From: Octopus vulgaris
Lineage: Eukaryota
Assembly: GCA_951406725.2 (NCBI GenBank)
Contig: OX597815.1
Location: forward strand, 172,732,001-172,796,000
Direction of reading: 5' to 3'
DNA: 64,000 nt
The notes beneath the pieces are model-generated. The model was not told the origin of the DNA, made no database searches, and saw only the letters and a list, made by a program, of their open reading frames with translations. Made by a program: the position numbers and the translations under genes. Each line of letters begins with the position of its first letter. Within the stretch, counting starts at the first letter, position 1. Shown here in pieces: positions 37,939-52,324 of this stretch.

Positions 37939-38705
37939 CCTCTCTTATCCTTCTCATGTCTACCCTATCATTATCATGATGCTGCTCCTCTTTTTCTGCA
38001 CTGTATGTCATTCCCTACACACCCTTACCTACCCCTAATTCATAAACAGCAATGATCACCAACTACCCAGCATTCACTACATCCACCCCTTAAATCTACC
38101 CAATTTCTACAGTTATCATCTACTCTTCACTACCTTCCCTACTTATCATTTCTCAACACTTGGTCTTTCTTACATTAACCCCATCACCCATTTCCAATTT
38201 CCATCTATCTCCCACTCTCCCATATTCTTGCAACTTCTACCCACCCTCACTTTCTGTTCTGACTCCACTTCCCCCTGTATTCACCTTGTGCCTTCAGGGT
38301 CTACCCTGACATTTTATCAACACTATTCTACCTCTCTTTCCATGTTCATCCTAACCACTCCCATACTCACTTCTATAATATGTAACTCCTTTTCAACAAG
38401 AAACCTGTTCTGTTCTGGCCCTTGTCTCAAATTTTAACCTGTCATCTCCCAACATAAACCTGCTTCCATCTCTACAGTAGCCCAACTCGGGCAAAGAGGA
38501 TCTTAGACTTACAAGCCACATGGCAACTTTACTAGAGCTGAAATTAGGCAAAAACAGGCAGCATATTCTGTAAAATGATTGTCATTAGAAAAAGCCTCCA
38601 AGCACAGAAACCATGCTAGAGCAGATACAGGAGTACAATGCAGTCCAGAAAAACTGTCCAAGCCTTGCTAGCATGGAACATAGACATTAAATTATGATGA
38701 TGCTA
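35680..38705 (+). mobile_element. Decayed RTE-clade LINE: RT pseudogene (~35700-37480) plus long 3'UTR
   Basis: Motifs WKCYYERLLN, NDW..ERGNYEGIKLLDQVMK, MQFAF, FLDLEK, GIYQGSVLSP, LYAED, FCYL, KLYDACVR..SETW and LHWYG; many stops and frameshifts; tail gacattaaattatgatgatg. Confidence 0.9.
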
Positions 38706-39039
38706 TGGATGTATGTATGATTTTTCCTTGAGTTTAATTCAAGCTCTTTTTGAGAGAGTTCAAACCAGTTGCTAACAAGGCAACAAGACTTTGTGAGTTA
38801 AGACAGTTCCTGGTGCTTGTAAGTATGTAGTTGAGTCAGTGTGTTGGTTGAACTGCCAATGCATACACCCAAGTGTGTGCATCTATTCACATAAGATCCT
38901 CACATGGGCAATTTTTGGAATGTCTTACAAATCTTCACTGTGTTGCTGATAGATTGGATTTGGAGAATCTGTGTCAGTTTCTTTTGCTCTTTTCCTGAGA
39001 AACCAAGAATTTCTAGGTTTGTGTGTGTGTATAACGGTC

Positions 39040-39235
39040 CTAATTTTAGGTACAACCCAGCAGTTATGGAGGAATAGAGAGTCAATTACATCAGTATCAG
39101 TACTTGACTGGTACTTTATGTTATTCACCCAGGAAGAATGCAAGGCAAAGTTGACCTCAACAGGGAATAAACTTAGGACATAAAGAGCTAAAATACCACA
39201 AAGTGTTTTGCCCAACACTAATAATTCCACCAATC
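39040..39235 (-). mobile_element. SINE family A, degenerate
   Basis: aaggcaaagttgacctca..ttttgccc..aattc. Confidence 0.7.
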
Positions 39236-40174
39236 AATAAGTATATTCTAAACAACAACAACAAAACACTGGAATAATGGTGAATTAAAAGATTTTTGCT
39301 AAAAATGTATACAGGGCTTTTATATAATTAACATGATGTCAGTTCAGAAAAATAGTGTACATTATTTTTCAGTTTCTGCTCTAACATTCCACCTGCAATT
39401 GACTGAGTGAAAGATGTCCTAAATTGTAAATCTTCTTTGCTAAGGAACTGTCTCTGAGCTGTGTTAATTAACAGGTGAAAAGCACCTGAGAGAAAACATT
39501 AATCTCATATACTTAAATGTAATCTCACAAAATTAGAAAAATTTTAGCTTGAGCTCAATAAAGTTGGCAAGTCAGTGTATTCAAGGGAAATAACTCATAA
39601 AATATTTCTGTAAATTTAATCTGGAAATTATTTTTAATAGTTGCACATTTGTAGCATTTAGAGTTTTAGATTTATAAATACAGAAACCTAACCTATGTTT
39701 TTCACTACTTTCAATTACCCAACTAAGATCATTGTAAAGCTTTGAATGTTTAAAATGTGAGCTAAAAAAACAAAAAAACACACACAACCTCACAGACCTA
39801 TAAACAAGCATATACCATGAATATTTATTCAATTATGGCAGCAACATGATGTCATAATGATATTGTAAACAATGTTTAGAATATACTTGATAATTGGCAG
39901 AATCACTGACTTTGAACAATATGAAATTCTTACATATACAGAGAACTCATGGTTTATAGGGTGACAGGAATGAATTTGTGTGATGTCTATACTTGTCTTA
40001 AACAAAATGAAATGACTGCAATCAGAATTCAAAATTTTTAGAGACAGCTTTGCCACATCAGATGCTAATGCCCTATTCTATGATTAACAAATGATATACT
40101 TTGTATACTAAAATAAAAATAATATAATAAAAGATAATAAACGTAATAATGATGACTTCTTCGTAATAATTTTT

Positions 40175-40323
40175 TCTTCTATAGACACAAGGCTTGAAAT
40201 TTGGTGGGGGGACCCCAAAAGAATGAAGAGCAAAGTTGACCTTGGTGGAATTTGAACTCAGAACATAAAGACAGATGAAATGCCACTAAGAATTTTGTCC
40301 AGTGTACCAACAATTCTTCCAGT

Positions 40324-40391
<68 letters not shown>

Positions 40392-40621
40392 TTCTAATTT
40401 TGGCACAAGGCCAGCAATTTCAGGGGAGGGTATAAGTCAATTACATCAACCCCAGTTTCAACAAGTATATCTTTTATTGACCCCAAAAGGTTGAAAAGCA
40501 AAGTCAACTTCAGCAGAATTTGAACTCAGAACATAAAGACAGACAAAATGCTACTAAGTATTTTATCCAATGTACCAACAATTCTCCTAGCTTCATCATC
40601 ATCATAATAATAATAATAATG

Positions 40622-40678
<57 letters not shown>

Positions 40679-40815
40679 GTTCTTTCTAATTTTGGCGCAA
40701 AGCTAGTAATTTTGATGGGAGGGGATTAGCTAATACATTCAACCTCAGTTGACTGGTACTATATTTTATTGATCCCAGACCGATAAAAAGCAATGTTAAC
40801 CTTAGCAAGATTTCA
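40175..40815 (-). mobile_element. Three head-to-tail SINE family A copies separated by (TAA)n
   Basis: Copies at about 40175-40325, 40390-40590 and 40682-40815; (TAA)n at 40325-40390 and 40605-40678. Confidence 0.8.
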
Positions 40816-41224
40816 ACTTCACCTTTCATCTTCTCCAGGGTCAATAAAATAATGCACTTATTTTTTTGGAAGAACTACCTGTGAAAAATCTTTATGGATT
40901 CTTTTATACACAATCTAAGATTTGGTGTACTGTTGGCAAGAAAACAAATTTGCTGTTCATGTGACTATATAATATTCACATACAGAAATTTCTGACTTTC
41001 TCACCCTATTAATTATTTTATTTATTTATTTAAGTATTTTGCAAGCAGTCTTTTAGTGAACTGTATCTGTGACATCATTACTGCCAGTTACCAAAGAACA
41101 AGTTCATGACCTCCACAGTTGTATAAAGTAGGAAGATATTTTATATCTATCAAGAAGTAAAAAAAAAACCCAGTAATTTACATTCATTTTCAAAAACATG
41201 TTCACAAACATAAATATTGACAAT

Positions 41225-41225
<1 letters not shown>

Positions 41226-41285
<60 letters not shown>

Positions 41286-41310
41286 AACACACACACACAA
41301 ACACACACAC
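41226..41310. repeat. (CA)n microsatellite
   Basis: Direct reading. Confidence 0.95.
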
Positions 41311-41472
41311 TACATGCATGCAAGAGCACAATGACATATGCAAATGCAAAATACAAATACAAACATGATGGTAAATATTTAATGGTTTAGAGAGGGAGTT
41401 GATTAAACATGTAGAAATAACCAATTAATCATTGAACAGCTAATATATATATATATATACATATATACATAC

Positions 41473-41511
<39 letters not shown>

Positions 41512-42284
41512 CACATGCACACACCAATTATTGTGTAAATATATATATGCATATATATACACATATATACACACTATACACACGTGTACTCAAGTGTGTG
41601 TACAGAATTATATATCAAATTAACATACTAATAGATGAGAAGTATCTCTAAATATAATACTAACAAAAAAGGAATAAAATGCTTAATTTTTGCTGACTTG
41701 GAGAAAGCTAGCATATTTATTTCTTGAAAAATTAGTATTTGTTTACATATATAAATTATTTGATAACACATATAAACACACACACATGCGCATACGCTCA
41801 AACACATACATAAACACACGCACGCTCGCAAATGTGTACACACACACGCGCGTGCATACACAGAAGCAAAAACAAATTTAAGCACAAATACACACACAAA
41901 CATGTATAGTGTCCAATGATCTCAGGTTGTCAATAGATAATTGGTGGTATTTATCCCCTTTTATTTATGATATCATCTCACTATTAAGGTATTACTATAT
42001 TTATACATAAACAATTAGTCCAGCATGTGGGATGTCCTCCCATACCATTATTTTGGTGCATCATCTGCACTACAACTTGTAGTGACCTTTAAGACAATCT
42101 ATGTAAAATTTATAAAACTGGTACTTATAAAACATTTTACAGAAAAATCAGCCAAATAGAAAGATATAATGAGCAATGTATATAAGTAAATAAATAAATT
42201 TTCAAAACATGCTTATCTAGAATTAGGGAATTTAAAAAAAAAATTTGTTTTTTTTTTTTTGCGAAAAAAGAGTAAAATAGTCAC

Positions 42285-42362
42285 CACAAGAGAGTCAATG
42301 TCACTCAGGCCAGACAGGATCTTCCGCATTCGGCCCATTCTCTGTTTCTCTGTGTCATACAT
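42285..42362 (-). CDS. Candidate alternative first coding exon MYDTEKQRMGRMRKILSGLSDIDSLV, phase-0 donor
   Basis: ATG with -3 A and an upstream in-frame TGA; GC/CpG-retaining patch in AT-rich DNA; donor GTG|gtgact (sub-consensus). Confidence 0.5.
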
Positions 42363-42867
42363 TATATTTGGATGTCATTTTACATACAGATCACATGAAC
42401 ATATAGCTACAATTGGTTTTCCTTGAAAGCCAAATGAAATGTTTAAGACACAAGCAAACACTTGTGTTAAGATTAAACACGAAAAAAATATAAAATACCA
42501 AGTCTATTTGTAGCATAACAGTGTAATTGTTTTGTTTTGTTTGTTTTTATGATTCTGATTTTGTGTTTGTTTTTGTTTTTGTCTTCATGCAAAATAAGTC
42601 AGATTATTTTCTCTCTATAGTGGGAAGTATAAAATAGAAAACAAAAGAATAGTTGTAATATCTTGTCAGGAAGCAAAATAAACCATGAACCAGGCTAAGT
42701 AATTTATTCTCAGCTATCCCATAATGTAATATTTGACCTCCAGCCCTAATCAGTAGCCTTCTCTGCCTTCCACTTTCTCCATCCAACATGGCTCTCTGAA
42801 AAGCCAGCTTCATCAGTGCTGCATTGAGAGGAGGCTTGCTGCTCAGACAGAAGAAGCTGATGCTACC

Positions 42868-42881
42868 GTTGCCAAGGCAAA
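42868..42881. promoter_or_regulatory. RFX X-box-like motif
   Basis: GTTGCCAAGGCAAA vs the palindrome GTTGCCATGGCAAC (2 mismatches), about 500 bp upstream of the 42362 ATG. Confidence 0.35.
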
Positions 42882-44271
42882 GATAGCAGTAAAACTACAG
42901 CCAGTAATGTTGGTTTCTAGCAGAAATAGTCAATATCATATGACATTGATACAAGAAGGTAGTGAAATTAAAGTGGCAGATATCTTTAAAAATTGAAAGA
43001 AAAAAATAAATAAATGGAGAGTAAAATCAGTCTAAATGTCTTGTAAATACTAATGCCACTAAAATAAACACTTTTTTGTCACCATCACCATTGCAACCGC
43101 TAATGCCATCGCTAAAACCACAACAACAATGCAACTACAAATATTAATGTTACCAAGCAGCATCAATCAAATGATGTAAAGCCAACTTAAGCAGCAGAAT
43201 GAAAAAAGGAAGCTGCAAAATGCAGTGGAATCTGCTGCAGTAATGGTTGTGATGATATCATCAAAGGTTGTACAAGCATTACTCGTGCTTCACATGTATA
43301 TAATATCAAAAGAGTGGGAGATAAGAATTAATTGATCAGATAAATAACAATGGGAGGTCTGGCAAATTTGTTTTTAGTAAAGAATTTTTCACATATGCAA
43401 AGGAAATTAAAAAGAATTTAATTTAGAACTAATCAAATATCTATATATGGTGTGACAGTAATTTTCTCAAACCACCAAATCAGTGTGTTTAATAAATATC
43501 ATCACCATTAACATATTCATTGTTACATGATGTACAATTCTAAAAGCAAGGGACGGTCAATGTTGTTCAATGATGACAGCTGGTGTATGATGGGTAGACA
43601 AGAATGTGAAAAGGAAGCAAAAATATTCAGGAAGTCACACTCATCAACAGGTCTAGGGAAGAAATATAAAATATTTTTAAAAAAAAGCAATATGGCAGTG
43701 AGGAAATTCTAATTAAGTCTGAACATTATCAGTATGCTGATTTGTCAGTGAGATCTTGTGACTATTAAACTGAAAAATATTTAACAAACAGAAATTGTAA
43801 CCATTAATAATCGTTATTGGTGCAGTTATTAGTACAGGTAGGTAGTTTAATAGATTAACAGATAGGTGAAGCGTTGAAATATTTTTTGTTTTTTTTATAT
43901 ATATTTAGTTATGTCCCTTTAGCATTTTGATTTCAATTTCTCTGTCAGTAAACTTTGTGATCCTTGTGAGGTCAATAAAATAAACAATAGTCATGTACAG
44001 GTGTCAAAAAAAAAAAAAACTAACTGCAATATGTAACTGCTACATATTCAATTCATTGCTTATGTCAAAATTCAAAAGCACTATTTGCATAGGCATCTGC
44101 ATTAAACTCACTGATACAATGCAAAGTGATCATGACATGTTGAGGTAGTTGTTCACTCAACTTTCTATATTCTCAAAACTCCTATTATTTGAAAATTAAA
44201 AGACCTTGAAAGAAATATGTGGCATACTATAAATTTCTTAACTTTGGACAAGCCATGTTGTGACACTGTCT

Positions 44272-44620
44272 TCATCATCATCATCATCATCATCATCATC
44301 GTTTAACGTCCATTCTCCATGCTAGCATGGGTTGGACAGTTCGACCAGGGATCTGGGAAGCCAGAAGGCTGCACCAGGCTCCAGTCTTATCTGGCAATGT
44401 TTCTACAGCTGGATGCCCTTCCTAATGCCAACCACTCCGTGAGTGTAGTGGGTGCTTTTTACGTGCCACCTGCACAGGTGCCAGGCGAGGCTGGCAACGG
44501 CCACGGTCGGATTGGTGTATTTTATGTGCCACCGGCACGGAAGCCAGTCGAGGCGGTGCTGGCATCAGCCACGAGTCGGATAGTGCTTTTTATGTACCAC
44601 CAGACCAGGGATCCTGGCTG
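44272..44620 (-). mobile_element. Family C retroposon, young CpG-rich copy
   Basis: (CAT)n-cgtttaacgtcc..ccatgctagcatgggttgg..ggatgcccttcctaatgcc; three ttt.a.gtgccacc repeats. Confidence 0.9.
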
Positions 44621-44679
44621 GTTCAATTCGATTTCGATAGTTCAATTCGATTTCATAAGGTTTTATATACTTAAATAGA

Positions 44680-44840
44680 TGTAGGTGTGGTGGTGTGATA
44701 AAAAGTCTGCTTCCCAACCACATAGTTCCAGGTTCAGTCCCATTGCAAGGCACCTTGGGCAAGTGTATTCTACTATAGCCCTTGGCCTAACCAAAGCCTT
44801 GTGAATGGCCCTAATATACAGAAACTAAAAGAAGCCTGTA
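44680..44840 (+). mobile_element. SINE family B head
   Basis: gcttcccaaccacat..ggttcagtccca..ggcaccttgggcaagtg..ccaaagccttgtga. Confidence 0.8.
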
Positions 44841-44894
44841 CATGTATATATGTATATACAAACATACATACGTGTATACATAATTCATGCATGC

Positions 44895-44993
44895 ATGCAT
44901 ACATACATACATACATACATACATACATACATACATACATACATACATACATACATACATACACACACATACATACATACATACATACATACA

Positions 44994-45024
<31 letters not shown>

Positions 45025-45046
45025 GCATACACACACATACACATAC
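44895..45046. repeat. (CATA)n microsatellite
   Basis: Direct reading; explains five overlapping ORFs. Confidence 0.95.
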
Positions 45047-45556
45047 AGAATAACATCCATTTGTATTTACTCTTATAGTAAAATTAGGCCCATGAGGGCC
45101 ATTTTGTGGGGTAGTTTGGGGTTGGGAATGATCTAACTAGTTTTCTTGTCTTTATAGTTCATCAGGAATCACCTATCTTTTCTGTTTATATATGCAGATA
45201 AAGATAAAGCAGCAAAAAGCTACTTAGTAAAACATAAACACAATCATGCCAGGTACAGCTTATTTTGGGACTTCGAAATATAAAGATAGATTCATAAGGT
45301 TGACTAATACATCTACTGAAAGATCTGCAGTTGTTTTGGAGCTCTTCACATGAAAAAAAATAGTATGAGCACTATCTAGATCCAGACACTGAATTTGAAG
45401 AGCCCACAAGGTTATAGGGTTTTATCGTATACACTAGCCAGGCAATCAAAACAACCAGAGTTAATAATACAAAATATAGAGAAGGCATGCTTAGTAATAA
45501 ATATGACTACCTTCTTGGAACAATAATGTTTTTAAAGGAGGATTCAACACAAGACA

Positions 45557-45846
45557 CAGGCATGGCTGTGTGGTAAGAAGTTTGTTTCCCAATCACATGG
45601 CTCCACATTCAGACCCACAGCATGGCACACTGAGCAAGTGCCTTCTGCTATAGCACCAGGCCAACCAAGGCCTTGTGAGTGGATTTAGCTGAGGGAAACT
45701 GAAAGAAGCCCCTCGTGTGTATATGAGTGTGTGTGTGTGTTCCCCCCCCCCCCCCCGCACCACTTAACAACCAGTCTTGGTGTGTTTACATCCCTGTAAC
45801 TTGGTGGTTCAGCAAAAGAGACCAATAGAATAAGTACTAAGCTTTA
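45557..45846 (+). mobile_element. SINE family B
   Basis: aggcatggctgtgtggtaagaag..gaaagaagccc..(TG)n..agaccaatagaataagtact. Confidence 0.85.
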
Positions 45847-45864
45847 AAAAAATTATTGCATTAT

Positions 45865-46470
45865 TGATCACCCTTTCACCTTTGTCCTTAATTCACTACA
45901 TTCACCCCTCAACCCTACCCAATTTCTACAGTCATTACCCAGTCTGCCCTATCTTCCCTCTGTCTATCCTCAACTGGTCCACAGCCCTTGTCCTTCATTA
46001 TATTCACCAATTCACTATCTTTAACAAACCCTCACTCTCCCCATACACCCTTGCAACTACTACCCACCCTCACTCTGAGTCCATCTTGACACCTCATCAA
46101 TACTCTTCTGTCTCTCTTTCTAGCTCCATTCTGGTCAGTCCTCTATAATGTAAACAACCATGTAGCTCCTCTACAACAAGAAATCTGTTATGTTCTGACC
46201 CCTTCTTTAACCTCTCATCTCCTAGCACAGAGTTGCCTTTCTTTGCTGTAGTCCCACTTAATCAAAAGGGATCTTAGTTTTGTGAGCCACATGGTGACCT
46301 CACTAGTGCTGGTGCCATGCAAAAAGCACACAATTTACTTTGTAAAGCATTTGGCATAAGGAAGGGCATCTAGCCATAGAAATCATGCCAAAGCAGACAT
46401 TAGAGTACAATGCAATTCTTCAATCTACAGGATCCTGTTAAACTCTCCAACCCATACCAACATGGAACCA
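45865..46470 (+). mobile_element. LINE 3'UTR / family C tail fragment
   Basis: Matches 38070-38690 (ctacccaatttctacagt, caagaaa.ctgtt.tgttctg, gatcttag..agccacatgg). Confidence 0.7.
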
Positions 46471-47779
46471 TTAACCAATTCCACTTCACAAGCCAAGCTA
46501 TCAGTTGGCCTGGGCTATAAAAGAAGATACCTCTCTGAAGTGCCACAGAATGGGACAGAATTCAAACCCATGTGATTGCAAAGGGAACTGCATAACCACA
46601 CAGCCATGACTAGACCTACACACACACACATATTGAAGTGAATATACTCACACCCTTTATCTCTTCTCTCCTGACCTCCTATAAACCTTACAAATATGAA
46701 TGGCACCATCCATACCACCCTCATCATTCTTCAGTAAGCCTATATGTGAGAGAGTATGTTAGTCCATCTTCATCACTTCACCTATACCCACCTTCCTTCC
46801 TCCATTCAGCTCCTCACTCACTTCAATCATCACCCTATCATTTAGAAATCTTAACTTATCACCTGTGATATTTACTCACTCACTGCCATCTACCACTCCC
46901 TTTCTGCCTCTTTTTCTTTCAATGTCCTTCCCAGCAGCTACTCTGCTACTTTAACACTCTCTCATCTCTTCCTCCATAGCCAACCCCCACGACTCCCCAC
47001 ACCTCATTTTCTTTCAATGTTCCCTACTAGATCCTTGCTACCCTCATTCATTTTCTCTCTTTGACATTTCATTCTGCTCACACCCTTCACTCATATTCAT
47101 CCTTATAATGTGGAATAGCTCTGGAGCCCTTACAGAAATCCTCAACACCCATACCATATTGCCAACATGCTGGATCCTGTCAAATCATCCCATCAATGTC
47201 AGCATGGAGAATGGACATTAAATGATGATGATGATGTATTTCAGATTTTAGTTTTGTCTTATTGCTTATTTCATGTATAATTTGTAATATTCTAGTCATA
47301 TGAGAACATAGGCTTGAACAGAATATGGAGGATTAAAGAAGTAAAGAGAAAAGTCTGATCATGGCCTGCACAAAGGAACAGATGATTAAAGCAAATTTTC
47401 ATTAAAACAAATATAGATGGAAGCCCTCATGACAGTAAGGAATGATTGTCTGGTAAAAGGAGAAAAATTGTGAACAACATGTATAGTGCAAGTGTGAGGG
47501 AAAATGACACCAAAAATATTTATGAAAAGGGACAACAGGATAGGAAGGAATACACACTGGATGGTTGGTAAGAAATTAGAATTCAAAGTAAATGAAAAAT
47601 TATAACTTTAAAAACTTTAAGTGAAAATAACCACTGTAAGATCTGAAGATTCCTGCATAAATCGACCACAAAAAAAGTGTGAGGAATAGTTATAGATTTT
47701 AGTATCATTTTCATCTGCTGAAGGCTACTTGGATTTTCTTGACTTGATCATGCCACACTTCATAATCCTGTATAGCATT

Positions 47780-47960
47780 CAAGAGGTTGGCATAGGCAAT
47801 GTCCCATGCCCATACAGAACTGTTCAATGAAGGATTTTGCAACGTATCCACGTTGGGGTGTCCACAGAAGTGTACCATTAATGAGTTCCTGCTTAACTCT
47901 CCAGTAATATCCTTTAAAAATATATGGGTCTCCTTTAAACGATATCAGTGATTGTAATAA
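47780..47960 (-). mobile_element. RTE-clade LINE 3' fragment (different family)
   Basis: GYYWRVKQELINGTLLWTPQRG..AKSFIEQFC resembles the RTE C-terminal GHCWR..ELIS..LLW.P..G..TYIDQL motif. Confidence 0.6.
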
Positions 47961-50900
47961 GACTGCCATACAGTTTTTGTCCAATAAGACGCTTTATCCA
48001 GGAAATATTATTTTGACCATATAACCATGCCTGTGATCATAACAAGCAACTAACTAGTTCAGAGAAACAGAAACTATTGTCACAGACACAAAATGGACAG
48101 AGTGAGGAGGCAACACAGTTGTGTGCAGAGGTTTAACAAATTTTCTTTTTAAATTTATTTGAATGCAATAAGTTGCCATAACTACTAGCAACAGATTTTT
48201 AAGGTAGAACCTCAACTAAACATTTCATATACAAATATATAATGTATATACTGAGGCCATGTATTATACATTTTGCCTAAAAAGAAAGAAAAGGTGAGTT
48301 TCCTAGGCAATATGTGACATTGCTAAAATTAATTTATATTTTTTTTTTTAAAACTAAGCTATCAGCATTAATCATTAGTCATTAGATTAAAGAAAAAATA
48401 TTACTCCAATTGGCAGATGGTGCTGCTGATGAAATATTATGAACCACCTGTCTCAGACAGGTGCAATGAAACTTGAAAATGATTTAGATATCATTTCTTA
48501 AAAGTAGAAAATTATAAAAAGATTGAACTTGACCTAAATAACTAAGGTTATTAGGTTGTTAAGTAATGTCTTGTACCAATGGTACCAAATATGTAACAAA
48601 AATAAAATAAATGAATTCTTAGTTTCTTAATCTGGATATTTGTCTACAAATTTAGCTCATTGATTTTCAACTATTGTCACTATACTGTTTCACTGCAGTA
48701 TATTATTACATGTCTAAGAAAGGTTAAGATGTTATAAATGGATATTCAGATAAGCCTTTTTAATCCATTCAAACTTCTGACTTTTGAAACTATTTAAAAG
48801 TAAAAAAAAAATTTGAGAACAACTTATGTAACTGTATGCCTAAATAATGTTCGTAGTGTATGCAATGAAATTAAAAATTATTCAGATAAAAAGAAAAAAG
48901 AAAAGAAAAACAAGGGTATAAATATAAGGTTTTATTTTTTTTACTATATGATTTGTAATTTTTCTTTATGATTTAGCCAGAGGAGGAAGGGCAACACTTA
49001 TCATTTATAGTGGTTCTAGATTATTGAGGAAAGGGAAAAAGCAACATTGTTTTGTGTTTCTGTAGCAGCCCATCAGGAGCACATCAGAATATCAAATTAT
49101 TCTCTGACTGGAGTGACCTAGCCAAAATGCTTGCAACAGAGTGAATTCTCTCCAAAAGACACCATGAGGCCAGGTGGTGGTGTCAAATCCAGTAACAATT
49201 AACTCAACCACCTAAAGGATCATTTCAGTTAAGTTCAAATTTATTTGTAAGTAGTGCTGCCTCGGAGTTAAATTCTCAAAATGAACAATTCATGGGGAAA
49301 ATAAAAGACAACTGAATAAAGTTGTGAAAAATAACCGAAACTATCTAACTTAACATTTCCGTCTGTTCAATCTTGGTAAATAACCTTGACATAGTGAAAA
49401 ACTGTGCTACTACCCATAGAATTTTAACAGAGAGCAAATAAATATTTTAACACCATGTTTTCTTCTCATGCCTATTGGTCACATGATAAGACATTTGCTC
49501 TTTCCAATCAGTCATATGACACAATGTGTCATCTGCTCAGTCTATCATCAGGTTTTACACTTGATTGAACGCTGTATTTCCTTTGATGTTGATGAAATGT
49601 TTTTATGTCTGATCTATTGTTATGAATATGTAGCCCTATCTTTTAAACCTTAAACCTATTCATTTAAATCAATAAGTATTAACGTTCAGAAAGCCTCACA
49701 TAACCAGGCAATACGATGCTGCAGCAGAAAAAGTAAATAAAGCAATGTTATAAAGCTTATTTTGTGTTGGGAATATTCACAAGTAAGTAAATAAGATTAA
49801 AATACATATTAAAAATAAAAGTGTATTTATAAATTTCCATGTCACTAAAAATTAATTTATAGACACAAAAAGAAATTAATTATCCGTTCAGATTTGTATT
49901 TTCTGAAAATACAAAAATGTTTACAAGCCGTCTAAAATACCAGATTATCTTTGGCAATGCCTGCTAAGTTCACAGATCATTCTATGATTGAAAGAAGTTA
50001 TCAAAACCAGAAGGAAAATAAGATTTCAATGTATTACTGTGTTATGCATTATTGGAAGTGATTACATATTTCCAACTTGCACTAAACACTCACATAAATA
50101 TAAACATTTTTTTTTGTTTTGTGGTTTGTATTTTTTGTCTGACAAATTGAATTGACTTAATCAATTCGTTTATTACTGTTTCACTTTCTATCTATCTCTC
50201 AATAGTAGCATTCGTATTTTCCTTCTTTCTCTCTCTACTGGCAGCAGTGACTGTCCTATCTTTTTCTTTCTTTCTTTTTCTCTATCTATACATCTATCAT
50301 AGCAGCAGTGGTTGTACTTTGTACTTTGTTCTCTCTCTCTCTCTCTCTCTCTCTCGCTCTCCTTCTCTCTCCCTCTCCTTCTCTCTCCCTCTCTATGAGT
50401 GTATGTGTGTGCATGTGTTGACTGCAACATCTGTCCTATCATTTTTCTCTCACATTTCAGTCTTCTTCTCTCTTTCTCTCTTCTCCCTCCTTCCTCATCT
50501 CTCTCTCTCTCTCTCTCTTTCACTCATGGTTACAACATCTGTGCCTGTTCTCTATCTCTCACTCTCATTTTCTTTATCTATCCTTCTTTCTATTTCTTTC
50601 CCTTAGCCACTTAGTTCGTATATGCTTTTTCCTTTGTCACCTTCTCTCTCTCTCTAGCTCTGTTTCTCACACCTTCTTGCAGCTACTTTTCACACTCTCA
50701 TTTCTCTTTCTTTTCACACTTTCCTATTTTCAGTTTCTGAGCAATTACTTATATCCCACATACATATATCTAGCATTACAGTGCAAGATGCACATCCTTC
50801 ACAAATACAGATCAGAAAAATAGAACATAACAGTCAGACATCAGCTAACCTAGGACACATGAGTATTTTCATGAATATTTACTTAGCTAGCTGGTCCTAT

Positions 50901-52283
50901 TTAGGAAATACAGGATCAAAACTAAGTGAAACACGGATATGAACTGTAGTGAAGTTAAGTCTGGATGCTGAGCTGGAAAAACTAAACTTAACACATAATT
51001 AACTTCACATAGTATCTAATCAAAGGATCTTGTGGAAGAAACCTGGCTTATTCATAGAATAAGCACAGAACAAAGATCAAAAATAAAAACAACGATTGGT
51101 CACATTAAATATCAATGAACATTGACATTCATCAGTACCAAGCTGGTAAAATAAATGCCAGTAATATGATAAGTTAATTCAAGTGACTATTGATTGACTA
51201 CACAAAGATTCTACAAAACTGACCTTATGCTGAGTCAAAATAAATCATCATCACTACCACCATTATTATCAAATCAAACATATCTAAAACTAATTGGTCA
51301 AATATTAATTCAAACTCAATTATTTATATGATATACATCGATTATATCATATCAAATATTCAAAGAACATAAAGCTTTTAAAGATGCTATAATGTTTGTT
51401 TTCCTTTCTGATAAAATTCAAGATAAATAAAAATAATGAATTAAATAAATAAATTTCACATAAAAGCTATTGAATATCATGTCATTAAAATGAAAATCTT
51501 TCTAGAAATTTAATCAGAAGAAAGCAGTCTAATAAAAGGTTGCATAGATGATGTAATGGTATTGTTGGTCAGCTGACAACTCATATTCAAAGCACATAAG
51601 CTGCATGAGCAAGAACAGTGTGTAAGGTGAATGGCTCTCAAAGACAATGATCTGAAGAAATGAATGTTTAGAAGTAGTAAATACATTTGTCAAAAATCAA
51701 TACTGCAAATTTCCAAGATAAAAATCAAGAGTTTACACATAGATAAATAAATAAGGTAAACACTGTTATTCAATATGTAAAGTGTAATCTATATTTCCTT
51801 AAAGCAGTAGTTTAGCCTGAGGTATGGATGTAGGCTTACTCCAAAGTAAAACTAAATCTGTGTCAGCAATTTATGATTAATGTTACTGAATTATATTTGA
51901 TAGCCCCATTAGAATTATAATGAAACTTATAGAAGAAGATATGTGAGGGAAAATAGTCAGAAATGTTTTTGATAAATTTCTTACTTTCCCTGAAATAATG
52001 CAAAAATAAGTTTTGTATAAAAAAAAATTGAAAACAAAACAAGTAAAAGCAATAAACAGCAACAAAAAAAGAAAGAAATAGCCATGAAATAAGCAATAAG
52101 TTCTTAGTATACTTTACCTTATTCAAACTTAAATTGAAAAAAAATGGTATATATGAATGGAAACGCAATAAAATGGAATTATTAAATAAAATGAAAACAA
52201 ACAGGTAGAGATAGGTACACATATTGTTGTTTAAACCAAACACACACACACAAATGTACATACAACACATATATACATGCATT

Positions 52284-52324
<41 letters not shown>

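Noticed and set aside
42604-42813. 69-aa minus-strand ORF upstream of the 42362 ATG
   Set aside because: No good splice donor and a low-complexity tail; at most a uORF.
44319-44678. 119-aa ORF and similar ones at 1961-2209 and 3427-3652
   Set aside because: They lie in family C repeat copies with no conserved start or frame.
49065-49246. Plus-strand acceptor and donor pair
   Set aside because: All three frames contain stops and there are no supporting neighbouring exons.
51863-52282. 139-aa minus-strand ORF with an internal phase-0 donor AAG|gtaaag (~52118)
   Set aside because: T-rich low-complexity sequence starting in a microsatellite; probably chance.
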